Below are positions 23,834 through 34,078 of a stretch of DNA of 36,155 nucleotides, one piece after another (position 1 is the first letter of the stretch; each line of letters starts with the position of its first letter). The position numbers and the translations under genes are program-made. The DNA is from Psammoneis japonica (lineage: Eukaryota): contig QPGO01000171.1 in NCBI GenBank assembly GCA_008632985.1, positions 124,001 through 160,155 of the forward strand. The letters are read 5' to 3'. The notes beneath the pieces are model-generated. The model did not search any database. It worked only from the letters and a program-made list of their open reading frames with translations, and was not told the DNA's origin.

Positions 23834-24141
23834 CGGAGAGGCCGTTGTGGTGATGAAAACGCAGTGCAAAACACATGCAGAATTCCATGTAGAAACTGTT
23901 AATGTGAAGCTGTGTAGAAAAGTTCGAGAGAAAAATGCCAAATCGGCAGAGCCACCTTGGCAGATGGCCAAGGCACTTTCTGAATCCGTTCATCGACGAA
24001 TGACGTTGCTGTGCAAGGATTGTGAATTCCACTTGCTCAGTTTTAGGTGCAGTTGCAATTCCTTAAGGTGTCACACAAAGACTTGCGTGCTGTTGCTCAT
24101 GGGCTGTAGACCACAGCAACAATTCTACATTGAGTGGACTG

Positions 24142-24182
24142 AGTGGAGCAAAGATTTTCAGTGGAGCAAAGATTTTCAGTGG
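24142..24182. repeat. 18-bp tandem duplication AGTGGAGCAAAGATTTTC x2
   Basis: Read directly. Confidence 0.95.
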
Positions 24183-24823
24183 CGAGTGTCTTATCAACAT
24201 GTCAAGTGTCACAAAGAAAGAGGTGTCGAAGTGTCTCAAGCACACACAGAGGAAGAAGTTTTTGGGGGGTCAAACTGCATCTCACACCAATGTGTCCAGA
24301 GATGTCATCAGATTTCCTCTAAATCACAAATTAGAAGGCGTTGGATTTTAAACAGTGACATTTGTGGACATGCAGGTGTGAGATGCAGTTTGACCATCAC
24401 AATTGACATCTGCTCTCGATGATCTTTTGATGGGTGTGTCATTTGTTGGTCTGACAAAGACATGTCATCTTCATCCAGCTCCTCTAAGTTGTGCTTCGTG
24501 TTGAGTCCCGGGAAAATCTGTTCAAGAATTTCTGTGGGATTCACCATGCCATGAACGGAAATTTCGCCACTGGTTTTGGTCGCACATGAGTGCGGTGATT
24601 TTGCATTTTTTCTACACAACCTCTGGTGTCTAATTTTGCGCAGCCCTGCGTGAATCCTTTGCACAGCATGCAAGTCTTTGGATGACACCTTAAATTGGGT
24701 GAGTGATCCTTGTCCTGGTTTTGTCATGGATTTCTGAAATTGTGCATGTCCGGAAAATGTGATGCTCCAACACACTGTCAAATTTTACATTGCTGTTTTC
24801 ATTTGCTGGTGTCAAAACTGCCC

Positions 24824-25210
24824 TCACGCGCTTTTGTGGAACTTGTCTGCCCATGTTTTTCTCCTGTCTTGAGTCACCCAAACCTGCTTTGTCTTGTCGT
24901 GTGACTCGGAAATGCCTGGTTGCTCCTTGTAAACCAGCAATTTGTCTCCAAATGCTTCAATGGGAACCAAAAACAGTTTTGGAGAATGCACGGCTTTTTC
25001 CAGTGTGGACAAATCTTGGTTTTTTACTTGGTCCAATTGCCAATGACTGATGAGGTTGGTGTGTTGCACATGGGTTTTCTTTCCAGTTGGACATTGCATC
25101 AATTTTCTCCCGGTGGGAAAAGGTGATGGATTTGCTGGCATGCTCAATGCCTCCGCCATGTTCAAATGGCAAGTTCATTTGAAAAGCCTTGCATGCCAGA
25201 CACACCAATG
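24824..25210 (-). pseudogene. Possible C-terminus of a Plavaka/CACTA-like transposase
   Basis: PKLFLVPIEAF..LLVY...VWVTQDRRKTWADKF resembles that family's C-terminal pattern from memory only; no catalytic motif present. Confidence 0.25.
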
Positions 25211-25212
25211 AC

Positions 25213-25288
25213 GAATTCCAGCCCTGGGTGTGGGAGCTTGCAGCACTGACATGTGACATGATTGGTTTTCATCATCCGTCGCATGTTT
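25213..25288 (+). mobile_element. Isolated left end related to the 32623-33022 TIR element
   Basis: TTCCAGCCCTGGGTG..GTGACAT..CGTCGCATGT vs TTCCAGCTCTAGGTG..GTGACAT..CGTCGTATGT (32631-32700). Confidence 0.55.
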
Positions 25289-25506
25289 CACTCTTCGACC
25301 CTTGGGTGCAACTGCTTGAATGCTCTTGACAACGACTTCGGTTGTGTAGCATTTTGGGAGCAATTCAGAGACTTGAGCTGTGTGAACAAGATCCATGACC
25401 GTTTCATCCCATTTGTGGTGACGCATGTAGATGGAGTTAGTTTGGAGGGTTTTAGTCATGAAGGGAATGTCTCGGATGTCCAAAAGAGTCAGGGACGTGT
25501 GGATGC
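25286..25506. repeat. ~220-bp direct copy of LINE ORF1 segment 23225-23445
   Basis: Colinear match GACCCTTGGGTGCAACTGCTTGAATGCTCTTGACAACGAC...GGATGC; both encode LQTNSIYM.HHKWDETV. Confidence 0.95.
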
Positions 25507-25849
25507 AAATCAATCGCTGGCACGCTGTTTTTCACGCAAAAACATGACATTTCATGTGATGTCTCGTAGAATCAGTGCCAGCATCGTCACAGCCAGGAAT
25601 GTCATGTGTGACACACATCACGCTGCCAGAAGTGCTTGCACGGACAACCACCAGCTGGTGCTTCCTCCGGCAAGCAACAATTGTCCACGAGGAAACACCA
25701 TGTCATTCTTTTTGGGCCGCACAATGCAGTGCTGCTTCTACATGTTTTTTGGATGTGCGGTGGGAACGCGCACCATCACAGCATTTGCACAAATCGCACC
25801 ACCATTCAACTTCTACGTGCGGTGGCATTAGTGTCGAATCACACAACCA

Positions 25850-27010
25850 AGGCAAGTCCGAATTAATTGTGTGTTCCGCCTCCAAACCCCACCCCCCTTC
25901 AAGGTTCCAGATTCCTTCTTGGATCACAGCCCACTTGCTAATCACAGCTTTGCAGCACCTGGTGCAAATCCCACTGCAACAGTCAGCACGTTGCCAGTCA
26001 GTCCCGGGGAAGAATGGAAATGCTGCCACAAGTTGCAGTCGTGATCACGCAGGTTATGCACTGAAAAGACTTAATGTTAAGTTCAATGCCATGACCTGCG
26101 TGGGCCCCATGTGCTGTGATTGTTGGGTCATTTGCTGACTGTGCCTGCAACAAGGTCAATGCCAGAACTTGCTTAGATTCTGCGTGCTGTGATGAATGGA
26201 CAATTTTGACCCACCCCCCTCCCATCACACGCAGAAGCTTGAGGCAGAACACAGCTTTAATTCTGACGCACCCAAAAACATTTTGTGTCAATTGCAGACG
26301 ATGTTGCAGGAATTTGGAATTCTCAGAACAAACACATGTCTCACTGAGCATGCAGATTCTACGAGTGCTGCACCAGAAACAAAGATCGCAGCACAAAACA
26401 TTTGTTTTTTTTTTCGACGATGAGCAAAAGCCGTTGTGCAATGTCGGGTAAAGGTGTGAAGACCCTCGGTTCGATGGCTCCACATGCCAACCTTGACACA
26501 TGCCGAGCACACATGGGAAGCCTGCACCAAGGGTTTGAAGTGGGAATGTTGCAAACATCACCGATGCATTTTTGGAGTCCTGTTTTGCCATCTTCATCTG
26601 CTGGCCAATGCGCTTTCTTTGTCGACTGTTTTGGCAAAGACTTGGTCAGCAGCAAAAAGTGCAAGCCACATTTACATTCTGACACATCCAAACTGCAGCA
26701 TGAGAGCTTTGTGCCGCATAAAACCAAAAGCTGTTAAGCCTTCTCACTGTTTTCCTTGGCACCGGCTGGTTTGGATTGGAGCAACATCTTGTGTCGAGTG
26801 CAGGAAGCAACAAATGAGCGGATGAACATGGTGGCATGTGACACACCCCACACTCTCATTTGTGAATGGCCACTTGATGATTTGAGAGCTTGCCACTGCA
26901 ATGGAAGCCAACATCAAACAAGTGCTTGCTTCTTTTTCTTCGGAATCCACAGAGAGAAGATGTTGAAAGTGAGAACATGCAACAAAAGGCAAAGCAAGAT
27001 TCAGTCAATG
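25850..27010 (+). pseudogene. Decayed orphan gene, possibly 2OG-Fe(II) dioxygenase-like
   Basis: ORF 26196 joins 26402 via a poly-T frameshift; 26402 and 26756 share a frame; candidate HxD..H motifs. Speculative. Confidence 0.25.
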
Positions 27011-27725
27011 CCAAACACTTCAAACCATGCACTCACATTCTCGCTCATGCTGATGACAACACAAGAGCTTTGCACCACAATGAAACAAAAACCAAATGGC
27101 CTTCTCACTTTCTTTCCTCGGTGCAGCGTGTCACGTCATGCTCATGACCCAACACTTTGTGATGTCACAAAGAACAACAGAGAACTGCGGACAGAACCAA
27201 TCCACATCTGCGCGAACATGCATCAAGAGACACATGCATGCTGCATGAACCATTGTCCAACATCTTCCTCCCAAGTGAATCAAGAAGACTCCCAAACACA
27301 CGCGGGACAGCTCACAAGCAAACGCGGAACAATTGACAGTAAAATGACCGGACATTTCTCAGCCGAACTTCAAGTTCCCTTTCAGCCAATCCAATCCTCA
27401 CAAGAAAACGGTCGAAATGATGAAGAGCGAGTCAGATCTCTCGATTTTTCCCGTGATGCCTTCGGACATCACACGCGACCTCCTCAGAAGTCCCAAGATG
27501 TTCCCTTGCATGACACACACTTAAAAAAGAACCCAGGAACGTTCCTGCATGACAAGAACAGAGTTTCTTTGGAAAAGAAAGAATCAAAAGAACATTCCAC
27601 GGAGCGGCCGCTCCAGAAATTCACTCCATGATTTTGCACCTTTGTGGTCTCACTTTTCATGAACAACTCTTAAATTTGCCACAATCACCACAACAGGCCT
27701 TGTGCCACATGACACTTTGATCAAA

Positions 27726-30700
27726 CAGCTGCACATCATTGCAACAATGCCGCCTCTCAGCAAAGCACTGAGCACTCTGCTTAAGGCGAAGAAAGCCTGC
27801 AATGGCAGCCCCCAGTTCGACGGAACTGAAGAACAGTGCTTTGGAGCATCACCTCAAGACAACAAATTGTGCAGTGCAGGAGAACATGACCAGTCAAGCG
27901 ATTGTGAAGTTACACAAGTCACACCCCAAAGCAGCGGACGACATTGCGAACCCAATCAAGTGCAAGGTTGCACCTGACCCAGAAGAACCGGAAGACACGG
28001 TGGCATTCTATGTCCATCAGTGTGATGCCTCCAACAAGGAAAAGCACCTGGTGTTCTTAAAGAACTTTCATGAGTTAAGAGAGCTCAAGCACTGGACTGC
28101 CAGACCAGCCCTCCATTGCCAGATGCTGTGCCGGACCAAAGGCTCCACAAAGGACTGACATCAAAGAGCTGTCAGAGCTCTAGTTGAAGACCCACAAGAT
28201 CTTACCCCAGAACAATTTGATGCAGCAGCAGAGACCGTCACTGCTGGATTGCTTCCGCAAAACTCAGCGGCGGCACAGAAACAGTGCTTGCGCTCCACAC
28301 GCAAGCCAAGAGAGTCTGCCTTCATTGATTTCACCTCCAGAGTTTTGGAAATCAATGAGCTGGGTGCCCTGCATGAGAGGCTCTGCAGAAGAGAGAGCCC
28401 CTCTCACCAACCAAGAGTTGACTCATGCAGCAGAGCAAGCTGTGCCGGATGATTGGCACAAGAAATTCCAACTGTCCACTGGACACAGAGGTGAGCATGG
28501 CATGGCAGACTTGGAGACATGCTGTTCCACCATTGAATCCTTCCTGCAGAAGAAGAAGGCCCACAAGAGAGAAGGTTGTCAAGTGACCAACGGTGATTCC
28601 AGAGACGTGCCCCCACTCATGGCTGCCGAACCGCATTCAGACATGGAGGCGACCGAGCGATGTGACCGAGCAACAACAATAATGACAACGCCGGAGCTCC
28701 TCCCAACCAACCACATCGACATCCTGCTCGACACCAAGCCAACTCACAGCGTGATGGGAACCGTCCTCAAGGCTGTGGTCAACAGAGAGGATGTGCCCAA
28801 ATGAACCGGCAAGAAACACATGCCGTGAACGAGCCAGAAGAAGCTCTGCCAGTCCAGAACCCGGACAATGGTGCAGACACAGCCCCAGCGGAACAACTGG
28901 AACAACTTGGCATAAGAGATGATGCTGAACCTGAACCTTACAAACAAGAAGACGGACTTGAGACACAGGAAGACGATGCAAGCTGTTCTTGTGAAGAATC
29001 AGATGGAGAACATGACACTTACGTGGAAGAGAACCATTGCATTCTGTTGCCAGAAAACTTTGAGCTGCAACAGAGACAGAGACCTCCTGTGGACCCAGCA
29101 GAAACATCTGACGAATCCAGCCTGCCGGAACTCGTGCCACACGGCAGATCAACATCGACAGACAGCGATGATTTGTGGAGCACCGACAGCAGCATGTCAG
29201 CAGTGTCGTGGACAACCTCACACATGTCGTCTGTGGACGAGCTGTCATCTTTTGGAGAAGATGCCGATGATGAGTGCGATCCTGTAGACAGCGCAGACGA
29301 GCGCGCATCTCTGACATCATCAATTTTTGAACATGACAGCACGGACGCCCAGAAGTTGATGGAGGCATTGTGTCCAGATGGAACGGACAATTGTGACTAC
29401 ACAGTGTTCCCTCATGGAGGCACACATCCTACGAGAAGGGGCTCATGTGTTCCAGGTCACCCAGATGAATTCGAAGAAGATGAAGGACATTCAAAAACAT
29501 CCAAAGACACCGAACCCCACATGTGTGAGCAATGTCACTCACTTTCTCATCGAGCAACTGCATCTAAGACGAAGCAAGCTGTGTCGGCAGATGAACTTGT
29601 GAACAGCGAGTCTGACAGGAAAATGTCAGTGGCTCCAGAATCTGACACCGATGAAGAGAGCATCCACATGACACATGAACTTGTGCGAGCCGTGGCGCCT
29701 GAGCCACAACCATCAGCACAAATGCCTGAACCAGATCCTCACAGTGATGGTGACGAGCATTTGAGTGCATTTGGTGATCACGATTTTTTTACTGTGAACC
29801 TGGCACAGTGCACCCAGATGATGAAGAGCATTGCACTTGGTTCCACCAAGAGGAAGAAGTCCTTGGAGATGGCATGTCAGACCATGTCAGAGAACAAGAA
29901 GAAGAGCAAAGTGGCAACAAGAAGCTGAAAAGACATGCAGCACAAAAGCCCAAAAATGCAAGTGGAAGAACCCCGGATGTGTGGTGCGACTTCAACTGCT
30001 CGATCCAGTTGATGGGACTTGAGACAAAAGTGACAATTTTTCACTTGCCTCACTCGACAGCGGCAGCAGTCGAACAATGACAAAGAGAGATGTGCTCTCA
30101 AAAGGGACACTGGATGAGGCCACCTTAGTGCCAACAAAGTGGGAGACTTTGTTTGTGCAGACCCATCAGACAACTCATGTGGCACTCACTCGTCATCAAT
30201 TCCTTGATGCATCCTTGCACAGACAATTCGATTTGTGCTTTTACATTTCACCCTTACAAGGAATCTACGATGCTGCAATGGGACGAGATGTCCTGTTCAA
30301 GCTTGGGATGAAGCTTGATTTCCAAGAAAAAGTCATAACTTGGGATGACTTGTCCTTTCCGATGAGATGTCCTGAGGATTTTTGGCACCAACCGATGATG
30401 CAAGAAGAGCTCATGGTGGCTCGTAAGGCCAAAGCCATTTGCCCAAGTGACTGCAGTCCTGTGGAGGACTTAAGAGAGTGTGTGCCCGACCACTTGTCAA
30501 GAGAGCAAGGTGAAGCTCTCATTGCCTTGCCAGAAGACTTCTCCAGTCTCACGCAAGGAGAGCTCGGACAATGCATCAAGCGACCACCAGTCAATGTTGA
30601 GCTTAAGCCCAGCACCAAGCCCATCATGTGCCAACCTTACAGCATGCCCCAGATCAACTGCAACATGGCAAAAGGAGAAGCAGAGAGATTGTGCCGAGTG

Positions 30701-31619
30701 GGAGTTCTGAGAAGGATCTCAGACTCAGCTTGGGGATTTCACTCAATGTTCACACCAAAGAAAGGTGGTGATTGCCAATTTGTCACCGACTTTCGGCTGT
30801 TAAATCGATGCATGCAACGACGCCCGTGGCCTCTACCTTTGATGCCAACCATGCTGCGAAAGCCACACGGCTGTGCTTGTGTCACCGCGATCGATTTGAA
30901 CATGGGATTTTTCTCGATGCGGATCAGACAGAAGTGTCAGCAGCATCTGACTGCTGTGCTGCCGTTTGGCAAATGTGCTTACTGCAGATTACCAATGGGA
31001 CTTGCACCAGCCCCAGACACATTCCAAGAAGTCATGACTGACCTGTTAGGACACTTGGAATTCGCACTGATTTTCATTGACGACCCATTGATTGTTGGCA
31101 AGGGATCCTTTGATGATCACCTTGCCCAATTGCGTGAAGTATTTGTGCTTTTGAATGATGCAGGCTTTAGAATAAATTTGCGAAAAACTTTCTTTTGCAC
31201 TCTAGAAATGGAGTGCCTAGGGTTTGTTGTTGCTGGAGACGGAATCAAACCGCAACCGAAAAAAGTCAATGCGATTGTGAATTTGGTTTCGCCCAAAACA
31301 AAGAAAGAACTCAGAGGTTTTGTCGGAATGATAAACTTCTGTTGCGAAATGTGGCACCTTTGTTCCCATCCATTGGCACCTCTTTCGAGCATGACCTCGA
31401 AAGCAGTCAAGTTTGAGTGGAAACCCGAACACGAGCAAGCGTTTCAAGAAACCAAGAGACGGATCTCTGCCAAGATGCTTCTTGCCTGCCCTGATTTCAA
31501 TGAGATGTTCTACATCTACACCGATGCTTCGAAATGCCAGCTAGGCAGCGTTGTCATTCAAGGCAAGCGCCCGATGGCATTCTACTCCCGCAAACTCTCC
31601 GACACGCAAAAAAGACATC
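27726..31619 (+). mobile_element. Degenerate Ty3/Gypsy retrotransposon (gag, acidic spacer, protease, RT, start of RNase H), truncated by a Copia insertion
   Basis: Gag AQKQCLRSTRKP..F.SRVLEIN, EL..A..AVPDDW; protease LDSGSS at 30053-30070; RT FVTDFRLLN, AIDLNMGF, RLPMGL, FIDD, FVGMINF; RNase H YTDAS..LG, AFYSRKL. PR-RT-RH order. Confidence 0.93.
30044..31619 (+). pseudogene. Gypsy pol (protease-RT-partial RNase H); frame open but conserved residues substituted
   Basis: ORF 30077-31651 plus in-frame upstream DSG; the last codons run into the Copia LTR. Confidence 0.92.
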
Positions 31620-31789
31620 TGTCGCGGTCAGCCGTCCGACGTACAGACTGACAGACTGTACCTCGTAGAGAACAGCTCGTGCTGACTCAGTGGGATGATG
31701 TTGAAGATACCTCTGAAGTGACTGACGTGGATAGATCATAGACCGTAGAAGTGGCAAGCCTCTAAAGCTCACAACATCTTCACAAGACA
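31620..31789 (+). repeat. 5' LTR, 170 bp (TGTC...GACA)
   Basis: Starts exactly where Gypsy RNase H homology stops; 4-bp inverted termini; followed by a PBS-like motif and gag ATG. Confidence 0.7.
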
Positions 31790-31801
31790 GGTTGTGAAGC
31801 C
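31790..31801 (+). promoter_or_regulatory. Putative primer-binding site GGTTGTGAAGCC
   Basis: Directly after the LTR CA; resembles the GGTTATG-type half-tRNA-Met PBS of Copia elements with TA changed to TG. Confidence 0.45.
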
Positions 31802-31846
31802 TTTCGTTACCTCAGCAATTTTTGCAACAACACTCACTGCTCACCA

Positions 31847-34000
31847 TGGCCCCATCCAAGTCCAACAAGGCTGACACGCCCAAAAAGGACAAGAACTCTT
31901 CTGAACCGAAGAAGAAGTGCAATGTCGCGACGCCCTCACCAACTGGTGGCAAGGAATCGACAAGCGAAGAGCGCACACCCCGCAAATGCGGTGGGAAAAC
32001 CGAAAAGGCGATCGGCAAAACAGCCGACGACACGACGACGAAGTCACGTGATGATGTCAATCCACCAAACCTGGATGCCAAATGTGCCAATGACGCGCGT
32101 AAAACCGATGACGTCGACTCTATTGAGTCAGACAAAGACATGTCCAAAATGGACATTTCTGATGATGAAAGTGTCTCGTCCAAAACATCCGACGCGGGAA
32201 CTCCACGCAAAACTCGCACCAGGAAGCACCCATCTGAGCGCGCACGTGACCGCCTCACCGCGAAGATAAATGAACAGGCTGCTGGTGCATACGCTGACAA
32301 GCATGTCCAGACGCTAGCTGAACCGCTAGAGGACAAACTCACTGAAGACCCAGAGTCATTCTTTGACTTTTTGTTTTGTCTCGAGGAACGTCTTGAGACA
32401 TGTCCAGCATGGGACAAAATCAAACTCGTGGGTGACACTAAAATGTCTTTAACTAAAGACTTTCCCCAACTGTCCCTTGTGGACTTCGAGTCCTTTGCCC
32501 TAGAGCGCTGGGTCCTTGAAGAACCAGACAAAGTCCGTGAGCTCTGCAACGACCAGACATCCAAGCACTTCGCTCAACGCGCGTTAAAGCAACTGCTTGT
32601 CGCGTCATTCGACAAAGAGCTATGGATGCGTTCCAGCTCTAGGTGGAACCTCGTACTGCTGCACTGTGACATCAACAGTTTTTTGGATCGCGTCGTATGT
32701 CGCGCACACACATTTCTACGTGTTACATTCTACGAAATTGTTTCATGCTCCCTGTTTTGCAAAGCCAAAGGCTTTCTATTTTTTCAACAGTTATGAGAAT
32801 GAAAATGTGCTGGGCACACTCTTTAATGTCTGTAGAACATGCCCGGGCAAACTGTTGTTGATGTGCTCCAAGTGTGAAGGAGGAAATACGTTCGTAAAAT
32901 TGCCTCTTTTTCTGTTGGCGATCATTCGTATTTTCATTACAGCATAAATTTACTACGGAGCTCGCACGTAGAATTCTACGGGCCCAATGTCACACGGAGT
33001 CCCACCCAGGACTGGAACCCATCTACGTCAGGACATTGCCCCGGACATGAACAAAGCATGCCATCGCGATGGCTCCACGTGCTTCTTCTTGGCTTGCCAG
33101 AAGCTCTTTCCATCGCCTCAGATGCACATCAACAACATCCAGTCCCAGATGTTGAAGATCTCTCTGGTCAATGACTGCGACAGCAACGTTGACAAGCACA
33201 TGAGCAAGTTCCGCCAGCACTTGTGCTTGCACACTCAGTGCGACAGCATGCTCGAGTGTGCCCTCGTAGAAAAGGCATTTGAAGAATTCAAGACTGCCCC
33301 TTGCAAACCCTTCGCGGACGAGATGGCCAAGAATGAGACAGAATGGATGCACAAGACACAGGTCACGTGGACAATCAAGACCCTGTTCAATGAGGCGATC
33401 AGCCTCAAGAACGCTTGTGTGGCCCAGCAGATCTGGGATGAGCCCTCGGACAACGACACTCAACTCATGGCCCCAATCACCGGTCAGAAAGAGACAGTCG
33501 GATTCGCGCAGCAAATGACCAAGGTCGCGACCGCCTTACAGAGCACCCTGCACCAGCAGACACGATTCGAACGTCACGGCCATTATAACAGGCACGGCAA
33601 TCCAGGTCGCGGTGGTCGTGGTGGACATCATGGGCGCGATCGCCCTGGTGCACCTAGTCGTGGATCCCCGCCGTTCTTGCATCTCGAACCCGAGAACAAG
33701 TCTCAGGAAAAACAATGGGGTGACAAGACCTGGCATTGGTGTGATGCTTGTAAAATGTGTTCTACACGCCACAGCACCGACACCCATGATGAGTGCATTG
33801 CTGCAAACAGCAACAAGAGCGGCAAGCGCACATCCAACCAGAGCGGCGGCGTGCAGAAAAAGAGCGCCTACGACCACAAGTGCCAAAAGGTTCAGTCTAA
33901 GATTCAGGCTGACATTGATAAGTTGCAGAAACTCACTGCCAACTTTTCTTTCTCCAAATCTGTTGCTGCTCTTGAGCAACAGAGGGGAGACGGCAATTAG
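31847..34000 (+). pseudogene. Copia gag interrupted by a 400-bp insertion
   Basis: Removing 32623-33025 joins ORFs 31822 and 32987 in frame (SFDKELRQDIAPDM). Confidence 0.85.
32623..33022. mobile_element. 400-bp non-autonomous TIR element
   Basis: CTA direct repeats at 32620-32622 and 33023-33025; imperfect TIRs ATGCGTTCCAGCTCTAGGTGGAAC..GTGACAT vs reverse complement ATGGGTTCCAGTCCTGGGTGGGAC..GTGACAT. Confidence 0.8.
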
Positions 34001-34078
34001 ATGCTCCTAATTCACCACACACTTAAGATCCGGTTTTAATCAAATGCTTTCCTGGAACGGTCAAAATAAAAGCAAAGT

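Larger units (their letters stand above)
13770..23960 (-). mobile_element. Near full-length non-LTR retrotransposon with ORF1 and APE-RT-RNase H-zinc knuckle ORF2 (Ambal-like), interrupted by a Copia fragment
   Basis: APE: TFNANG, DVIGMSE, PGGT, DQLGRWS, SHHRA.CVDF. RT: TSTS..GLHPGHWK, HRLR...HEADF, GTGQGSGNSP, CVDDT. RNase H: SSYRAEAHG, CDNKAL, WVKGHQD. Knuckle: C..C...ED..H...C. Confidence 0.9.

Noticed and set aside
27129..27700. Gypsy 5' LTR and PBS
   Set aside because: The position fits, but no convincing CA end, PBS or partner LTR could be identified.
33985..33991. GGGAGAC as a -1 slippery site
   Set aside because: It does not fit X XXY YYZ without assuming an extra mutation.
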